Sequence record: DRR723986_791 | Reading direction: 5' to 3' (one strand) | DNA length: 55,318 bases | Shown here: positions 49,201-55,318 of the stretch, one piece after another | How positions within the stretch are numbered: the first letter of the stretch is position 1 | Layout of the letters: each line of letters starts with the position of its first letter | Notes under the pieces: model-generated | Seen by the model: only the letters and a program-made list of their open reading frames with translations | Databases searched by the model: none | What the model was told of the DNA's origin: nothing | Made by a program: the position numbers and the translations under genes

Positions 49201-50523
49201 TCATTTAGCGGCGGCAAACCAGTTGTCCCACTTGGCATCGAGTCGCTGCAAAGCTTCTTCCATCGGTACCACGGCACAGCTTCTGGAGTCGTCCGGGCTA
49301 CCAAGTTCATCTTGAGCCTTCAATACACCGCCCTCGTTGAAACCGGCAGTCGGTCCAAGTTGAGCGATTCCAAGAGCGGCAAGTTTTTCAGCCGCATCAT
49401 GGACATCAAAATCGATATCGATTCCTGACATACTCTTGAGCAAGCGTTCGCAGCCGGCGTCGATCTCCCCTAGCGTGGTCGACCCCGATGCACAAAGGTA
49501 TGCGGCGACGAAGTAACACAGCACGCACTCGCTGGCTTCCTGCTGCTCGGCTTCATCAAGCAGCCGGAGAAGCACACCTCCGTTGTTATCCAAATTCTGG
49601 TAGTACAGGCTTTGCGTCATATTGAGCATATAGCGGCGCTGTGTGGCGGTGCGATAATTGAACATCGACTTGATACCAAACCCCAGAGCCAGGATCACAA
49701 GTACCACCAGTCCAACTGTTTTGAACACACCGAAGAATGCCCAAAGCAGCACGTTTCTTGCGAACCGCCAGAGCGCCATACCAGCCGCATAGAGGCTCGG
49801 CACAACAATCCTTGAGTGATCGACCCAAGACATCTGAATGCCGCTCGCGGGCAGCATCATATCAACGTCTTGCTGCGGAACATTCTTGAACATCCTTAAG
49901 TAGACTTTGCGCGAATCGAATCGATCACTGGACGCTTCCGCTTTGACCTGGAAAACCACGACCAACCGCTGATAAAGCGGGACCGTAACAGTCTCCTCTC
50001 GGTAAAGGTTCTTCCACGACCGAAATTGCCGCTCCGCGTCCATCCGCCCCCGTGCGTAGACTTCGAGAATCTCCATGGACTCGAAATCGACCCGCATGCG
50101 AACTCCCCACTGACTGGCGGCATTCAATGCCTGGCGAATATCCTGTTCGTCTAGACGATGATAATTCGCGCGACCAAGAACACTCTGCACCTGCTCTAAG
50201 ACTGCGCCGACATGCGCGGGCCGAGAATCGTCGGTGGGGACAGACAAAAGAATGCGGTCGCAATCCGGATCTAGGGCATCGTATTGATGCGTGAGCGTTT
50301 CGTGATGCTGGCGGTTGGTCTGATGCAGCATCGAAAGAATCAACCGCGAGAGAACGCGAAACTGATCCTCTTCACAACCATCGAGGGCAGGATGCTGAAC
50401 GAGATACTCGACCACATCACTGGAATGCATCGGAACGAAGTGTTCAAGCTGAGTATCGGGGCGCAGCAAGTCCTCCTCTAGTTCCAAGCCCTCCGGTCGC
50501 ACATCGTTCGACTCGTCCGTCAT
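49201..50523 (-). CDS. DUF3754 / TMEM143 family protein
   Basis: EHFVP, YDALDPD, YQRLVVVF, MFKNVP..DVDMMLP, two TM helices, LYYQNLDNNGGVL..L.DEAEQQE, IDFDV.DA. Confidence 0.85.
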   Translation of the reverse strand: MTDESNDVRPEGLELEEDLLRPDTQLEHFVPMHSSDVVEYLVQHPALDGCEEDQFRVLSRLILSMLHQTNRQHHETLTHQYDALDPDCDRILLSVPTDDSRPAHVGAVLEQVQSVLGRANYHRLDEQDIRQALNAASQWGVRMRVDFESMEILEVYARGRMDAERQFRSWKNLYREETVTVPLYQRLVVVFQVKAEASSDRFDSRKVYLRMFKNVPQQDVDMMLPASGIQMSWVDHSRIVVPSLYAAGMALWRFARNVLLWAFFGVFKTVGLVVLVILALGFGIKSMFNYRTATQRRYMLNMTQSLYYQNLDNNGGVLLRLLDEAEQQEASECVLCYFVAAYLCASGSTTLGEIDAGCERLLKSMSGIDIDFDVHDAAEKLAALGIAQLGPTAGFNEGGVLKAQDELGSPDDSRSCAVVPMEEALQRLDAKWDNWFAAAK

Positions 50524-50707
50524 ATACCTCTTTCCGTGCCTCTCTCAATACATCCAACGACTGCTACTGATATTCCAAACGCACGCTGCTGACTTCAACG
50601 ACGGACACTGCCCACAGCCTCCCTATCGACGTAATGGCGTCATCAGGTGAGAATCGACTGCCCACGCCCGACATATGCCATCATTCCACTAACATCCTGA
50701 ATCGCAA

Positions 50708-51391
50708 ATGGAACACGAGTTGCAAATCAGATGGCCAAGCCAAGTCTGTGCCGTGGCGTTCGACATGGACGGCCTGATGGTCAATACCGAAGAGTTATAC
50801 ACGGTTGTCGGAGAGACCATTCTATCTAGGCGGGGAAAAACCTTCACCTTGGCGCTAAAACGCAAAATGATGGGTTTGCCAGGCAATGTTGCTTGGCAGG
50901 TGATGATCGACTCGGAATCACTAAAAGATTCACCGGAGGAGCTAAATCAAGAATCAAATGAGATATTTGATCGCCTTTTGGCGACGCAGCTTAAACCCAT
51001 GCCGGGACTCTACGATCTACTGGACTTCCTCGACCAACACGAGATTGCCTTCGGGGTCGCCACCAGCAGCTCACACCGGTTCGCCGATAAGGTTCTCGGG
51101 CAAATCGAAGTCCGTCAACGTGTTGGATTCGTTGTTACTGCCGAAGATGTAGAGCGTGGCAAACCGCATCCGGACATCTACGAATTGGCCGCCGAGAACC
51201 TGGGAGTTGCGACCTCAGAAATGCTCGTCCTTGAAGACTCCGAGAACGGTGCCCGTGCGGGAGTTGCATCTGGAGCTTGCACCATCGCGGTGCCTGGCCA
51301 GCACAGTCGCGATCACAATTTTGATGGCACACATCGAATCGTCGACTCTCTTGAAGCGATCGAGATTCGCAACGTGTTCGCCAACGTTTGA
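50708..51391 (+). CDS. HAD family phosphatase (beta-PGM/YqaB-like)
   Basis: FDMDGLMVNTE, VATSS, GKPHPDIY, LEDSENG. Confidence 0.92.
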   Translation: MEHELQIRWPSQVCAVAFDMDGLMVNTEELYTVVGETILSRRGKTFTLALKRKMMGLPGNVAWQVMIDSESLKDSPEELNQESNEIFDRLLATQLKPMPGLYDLLDFLDQHEIAFGVATSSSHRFADKVLGQIEVRQRVGFVVTAEDVERGKPHPDIYELAAENLGVATSEMLVLEDSENGARAGVASGACTIAVPGQHSRDHNFDGTHRIVDSLEAIEIRNVFANV

Positions 51392-51401
51392 ATTTGCAAA
51401 C

Positions 51402-51444
51402 GAAAAATGGCGAGCCCAATCATCGTTTGGACTCGCCATTTTTC
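51402..51444. terminator. bidirectional intrinsic terminator between the HAD and HU-like genes
   Basis: gaaaaatggcgag-cccaatcatcgtttgga-ctcgccatttttc. Confidence 0.85.
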
Positions 51445-51498
51445 TGTACATTCAACCAATGCCGTTCATAGCAATGGCTTGCGTAGGAACAACGGTCT

Positions 51499-51822
51499 TT
51501 AGACCATTTCCTTCAGCTTCTTCAGCGGACGAATTCGTACGGTTACCGAAGCAGGCTTTGGAGCAGCCCACATCATTTCGCCTGTAGCTGGGTTCCGAAC
51601 TTGTCGCTTCGGCATCGCAGGCTTGTCGACGGCAACGATCTTGCACAGGTTTGGCAATTGGAAGACACGAGGTCCCTTCTTGCCCAAGTCTGCTTCGATC
51701 TCGGCACTCAGTGCTTCAAAGAAGTCAGCGACCTGCTTCTTGGTGAAGCCAGTACGCTCGGCCAAACGGTTGAAAATCTCGGTCTTGGTAGCTGGCTTCT
51801 TCTTTGCAGCAGCTTTTGCCAT
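51499..51822 (-). CDS. HU/IHF-family histone-like DNA-binding protein
   Basis: TKTEI..LAERTG..KKQV, FQLPNLCK, RNPATGE, KPAS..VRIRPLKKLK; AAAGGA RBS. Confidence 0.92.
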   Translation of the reverse strand: MAKAAAKKKPATKTEIFNRLAERTGFTKKQVADFFEALSAEIEADLGKKGPRVFQLPNLCKIVAVDKPAMPKRQVRNPATGEMMWAAPKPASVTVRIRPLKKLKEMV

Positions 51823-52037
51823 GTTCGCAGTCCTTTCAAAATTAACGACGGGCTATGAGTTTTGCAGTAGTGGAACGATTAAAGAGTCCGCGTCGCAAAT
51901 TTCAACGGGTAGAAACGACAAAAACAGCTAAAACAGGGGTTTTTTAGCGATTTTTGCGACCTTGCAGCCCCATAAGCGTGCTGCGGACAACATTGGATGG
52001 CGATTCAGCGGATCATCACGGACTTGCCACGCCCACA

Positions 52038-55000
52038 TTACAGGCTGCCAAAAAGCTCATCTCCGGCGACCGTAGCCGCGTCTTCAGAATCGGTAAGAAC
52101 GCCCTCTAGGTCATCAGAAAGGGCTACTTCCATAGCTGGCAGGACGTCCTGCATTGCCGCATCAGTCGATTCGGCGTCGCCTGGAGCACTGGAGCTTAGC
52201 AACTGCCTGCGTCCAGAAACCGTGACTTGCTCGTTCGCATCGTCACTTGGCTGCTCAGAGCGCCGCAGAACAGCGGGCATTTCAACAGCCTCGATCAACG
52301 GTGCGGGAACACCTTCGCCCTCACCGACCAGACCGCCTGCTAGTGAGGCGCTTTCGCCCTCGCCACTAGGAGTTGTGGCTGTCGATTGTGACGCTGCAGT
52401 CAAGCCAGCTCCAGTAGCCGGAAGACGCAAACGAATCAATCGCATCGTCGATTCACGGCCAACCTCATGCACCTGTGATGCTGGAGCGACCTGGATTGAT
52501 CCGCTAACCGCCTGCGATGACGGATCTACGGCTTGCACCTGAACCGTATCATTTGCTGGATCAAGCGTGAACTGAAGGTCCGAGTACTCGCTCCAATCCC
52601 CCTGCGGTGACACCCAGTTTTGGCTGCCATCGGCGTTGAATGCTACCGCCACGTTGTTCTCTGAATTCGTCGACAAGAAATCGCGGATATCAAAGAACTG
52701 AGGACGCAGCCCACCCGATACAGCTAGATTGCTGACAGCATCTCCATCCGTTGCCCCGGAACTGATCGGAATCGACTGCCCTTCGTCATGCAAGAACGGA
52801 ATTGCCGCACGCGAGAGTGTGTAGTCACCCGGCGGGAGATCGTCGAATTCATAGCTTCCGTCAGGATTCAGCGTCACATCACGGCTAACAGATGCGCCGG
52901 TCGCATCCGTTCCGCGAAGATTAATACTGACACCGGCCAACCCAGGCAGGATGCCACCGGTCGCATACTCGAGAACGCCTGAAATCTTCCGCGGAACAAA
53001 ATTCTCAACCGTAAGATTCACTGTGGCGGTGTCTTCTTGTCCATTCCCGTCGCTGACGGTGTATGTGAATGCAAACGTGCCTTCGAAAGTAGAGCTCGGC
53101 GGCGTGTACGTTAGCGAACGTCCGTCGCTGGCAATCGCCAGAGTCCCACTGCCAGCAGGTGGCTGCGAAACGCTGGTGATCGTCAATGTTTCACCGGTAT
53201 CAACTACATCATCGTTGCTGAGGACATCTAAAGAAGTGGATGCATCGGAGGAGAGTGCATTCAAGCTGTCGTCAACCGCGTCTGGGGCGTCATTGGATCC
53301 AGTCACCGTAAACGTGACCAAAGCCTGCGACTCAGCACCGCCGCTGTCCCGCACGGTGTAAGTGAATATTTCCACACCGTCGAAGTTGGGACCTGGTCGG
53401 TAGAGGATGCTCTGTCCGTCCGCTGCCACGCTGGCGGTACCACCGAGTTGTGGCGTGCCGACAGCGGAGACGCTTAGCGTTTCGGTCGGGTCGTCCGTCG
53501 TATCGTTGGCTAGCACATCAAAACTGGCTTCTGCCGCATCCTCATCTATCGTAAATTGATCGTTCTGCGGTGTCGGCGGTGGATTCTCCAAGTCGACGTT
53601 AACACTCACACTGCCCTGTGCTGTTCCGCCCCGACCATCACTTAGCGTGTACGTGAATGTCTCTGTGCCTTGGAAACCATTGGCCGGTGTGTAACGCAGT
53701 GTTGACCCGCTGGAACCGATCACGATCGTTCCACCCGCGGAGCCTGCACTAACGGCAGTTACACTCAACGTTTCAGCCGCGGAAGTGTCAACGCCACTAC
53801 TGTCGTTGCCCAACACGTCCAAAACGTTCTCGATGCTATTGCGGACAACGCTGAACGAATCGTTGAGTGCCTCAGGTGGATCATTGACGTCTGTGACCTG
53901 AACCGTCACCGTGCCGGTTTCTTGAACACCAGCTTGATTCTGAGCGACATAGGTAAAGGACTCGGCACCGTTGAAATTCGCGCCGGGCGTATACACAAGT
54001 GTCAAACCGTCACTCGCTACAGACACACTACCTCCGCCACTTGCCGAACTCACCGACTGAATGGAAAGTACAGCACCGTTTGTGGTGGTATCGTTGTCAA
54101 GAACATTGAGAGTGTGCGGCCCGGTGTCTTCATCGAAGTTAAACGAATCGTCGACTACTTCGAAGTTGGCACCAACTGCAAAATCACTACGCTGGAAATC
54201 TACTCGTGAAAACGCAACACTGCCCGCATCGTCGTAAAGCAGGATATTGTTATTTGGCAAGTTGTCTGGTGCTTCAGAGCGGAAGTTTGGATTTCCAGCA
54301 GCCTTTGCCGTAAATGCCACAGTCGCCACAACGCGAGCATCGCTGCCTTGCCGACTGGTGTCAGACGAAAACGCTCCCAGTTCGTCGATCAACCCCGGGG
54401 TGCTCACATCGCCAGACTGCCCGCTCGTGTAAGGAGCGTTGTAGGTGATCGGTGAATTTGCGATCGGTTCAACAATCGCATCATCGTAAAGAAGGTCCAG
54501 ATAACCTGCGAATACTCCAGTCGCCGACGCACCGGGGCGCAAATCCTGCACAACGACTTGTAGAAGAAATTCTTGTCCCGTCGAAACGCTTGTGAGTGGA
54601 TTCCCAAGATCATCGACGGCATTCAGGGAAAACCTGACAAGTGGTTCCTCGATCACGTTGATCGAGATGTCTTGTGTCGTTTGATTGCCAGCGGCATCGG
54701 TCGTGCGAAGCTGAATTGTCTGCGCGCCCAATTGACCGACGGCTGGCGTCCAGGTCAGCAGCCCGGTAGACGGATCGATGGCAGCACCAGCCGGCCCAGT
54801 GGCGATCTCGTAAACCAGGCCAGCGCCTTCTTCGTTGTTTTGTAGGTCCACGCTCAACTGCGTGTTCACAATGACACTAGCCGCAATACCGCTGGTATCG
54901 GTCACTGCTGGACCAGTGCGATCGAGCGTCACCGTCAGCCCAGGCGAATTGCCACTGGTTTGGCCGCCAGTTGTTTGGGTCGCCGAGAATACGACTTGGC

Positions 55001-55318
55001 CCTCGTCCAGAATAGCCGCATTGGTGACGTTGACCGTCGTCGTCGAACTGGTTGCGGTAGCGCTGCCGACGATTTGTGTGCCAGCCAGGACGTTGACCGT
55101 CGCTCCGGGGATAGTCCCGCCAACTGTAAACGTTAGTGCACCGGCGTTGGTGACGTCGTCGCTATCACTGGCACCTGAATCGGAGCCAGCGTCCAAGTCG
55201 ACCGAGGTGGGAACCGACTGCGTGACATTCACAGTGACGACTTGGTTGTCTGTAGCGCTGTTGGTCGTTGGAGTTGATTGCTGTCGAACGGTTGCCAGGA
55301 ATTGCAATTGGCCAGTAA
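52038..55318 (-). CDS. large surface protein with Ig-like/cadherin-like (Big_9-type) repeats, putative Ig, cohesin-like and SdrD-B-like domains; 5' end lies beyond the window
   Basis: Four repeats of the 'A.DD.F...LDVL.ND...L.YTP...F.G.E.FTY' type; LTWTP; GVFAGYLDLLYD; GVSINLRG...GSYEFDDLPPGDY; the frame is open to the window edge. Confidence 0.88.
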   Translation of the reverse strand, partial: TGQLQFLATVRQQSTPTTNSATDNQVVTVNVTQSVPTSVDLDAGSDSGASDSDDVTNAGALTFTVGGTIPGATVNVLAGTQIVGSATATSSTTTVNVTNAAILDEGQVVFSATQTTGGQTSGNSPGLTVTLDRTGPAVTDTSGIAASVIVNTQLSVDLQNNEEGAGLVYEIATGPAGAAIDPSTGLLTWTPAVGQLGAQTIQLRTTDAAGNQTTQDISINVIEEPLVRFSLNAVDDLGNPLTSVSTGQEFLLQVVVQDLRPGASATGVFAGYLDLLYDDAIVEPIANSPITYNAPYTSGQSGDVSTPGLIDELGAFSSDTSRQGSDARVVATVAFTAKAAGNPNFRSEAPDNLPNNNILLYDDAGSVAFSRVDFQRSDFAVGANFEVVDDSFNFDEDTGPHTLNVLDNDTTTNGAVLSIQSVSSASGGGSVSVASDGLTLVYTPGANFNGAESFTYVAQNQAGVQETGTVTVQVTDVNDPPEALNDSFSVVRNSIENVLDVLGNDSSGVDTSAAETLSVTAVSAGSAGGTIVIGSSGSTLRYTPANGFQGTETFTYTLSDGRGGTAQGSVSVNVDLENPPPTPQNDQFTIDEDAAEASFDVLANDTTDDPTETLSVSAVGTPQLGGTASVAADGQSILYRPGPNFDGVEIFTYTVRDSGGAESQALVTFTVTGSNDAPDAVDDSLNALSSDASTSLDVLSNDDVVDTGETLTITSVSQPPAGSGTLAIASDGRSLTYTPPSSTFEGTFAFTYTVSDGNGQEDTATVNLTVENFVPRKISGVLEYATGGILPGLAGVSINLRGTDATGASVSRDVTLNPDGSYEFDDLPPGDYTLSRAAIPFLHDEGQSIPISSGATDGDAVSNLAVSGGLRPQFFDIRDFLSTNSENNVAVAFNADGSQNWVSPQGDWSEYSDLQFTLDPANDTVQVQAVDPSSQAVSGSIQVAPASQVHEVGRESTMRLIRLRLPATGAGLTAASQSTATTPSGEGESASLAGGLVGEGEGVPAPLIEAVEMPAVLRRSEQPSDDANEQVTVSGRRQLLSSSAPGDAESTDAAMQDVLPAMEVALSDDLEGVLTDSEDAATVAGDELFGSL

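Noticed and set aside
51997-52542. 181-aa Ser-rich + strand ORF
   Set aside because: Antisense to the acidic tail of the Ig-repeat protein

Overview
A gene-dense window from a planctomycete, most likely Pirellulaceae. This is inferred from family-typical proteins: a Cys-rich BBP2-type porin, an ECF-associated-type Ser/Thr kinase, ASPIC/UnbV proteins and a QTLPSPYY lipoprotein. Housekeeping genes (ABC-F, ftsY, nrnA, ribF, nnrD, mutS, acnA, an HU-like protein, a HAD phosphatase) surround two accessory blocks. (1) ~13.4-24.5 kb: a VTC-like / DUF4956 / CotH-kinase operon, a large beta-propeller hybrid histidine kinase and an orphan Ser/Thr kinase. The operon and the Ser/Thr kinase carry the same upstream bipartite motif, TGGCCCC-N16-CGCATT, which suggests one kinase/ECF-sigma regulon. 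(2) ~35.6-45.2 kb: two FG-GAP/ASPIC-UnbV proteins flank a membrane protein with His-bearing TM helices, five CxxCH sites and TPRs. That gene is preceded by a secreted Cys-containing ORF with its own promoter and a terminal RPP motif, resembling a ribosome-arrest leader. I saw no rRNA, tRNA, CRISPR array or transposase. All family calls come from motif recognition by eye; no searches were run.
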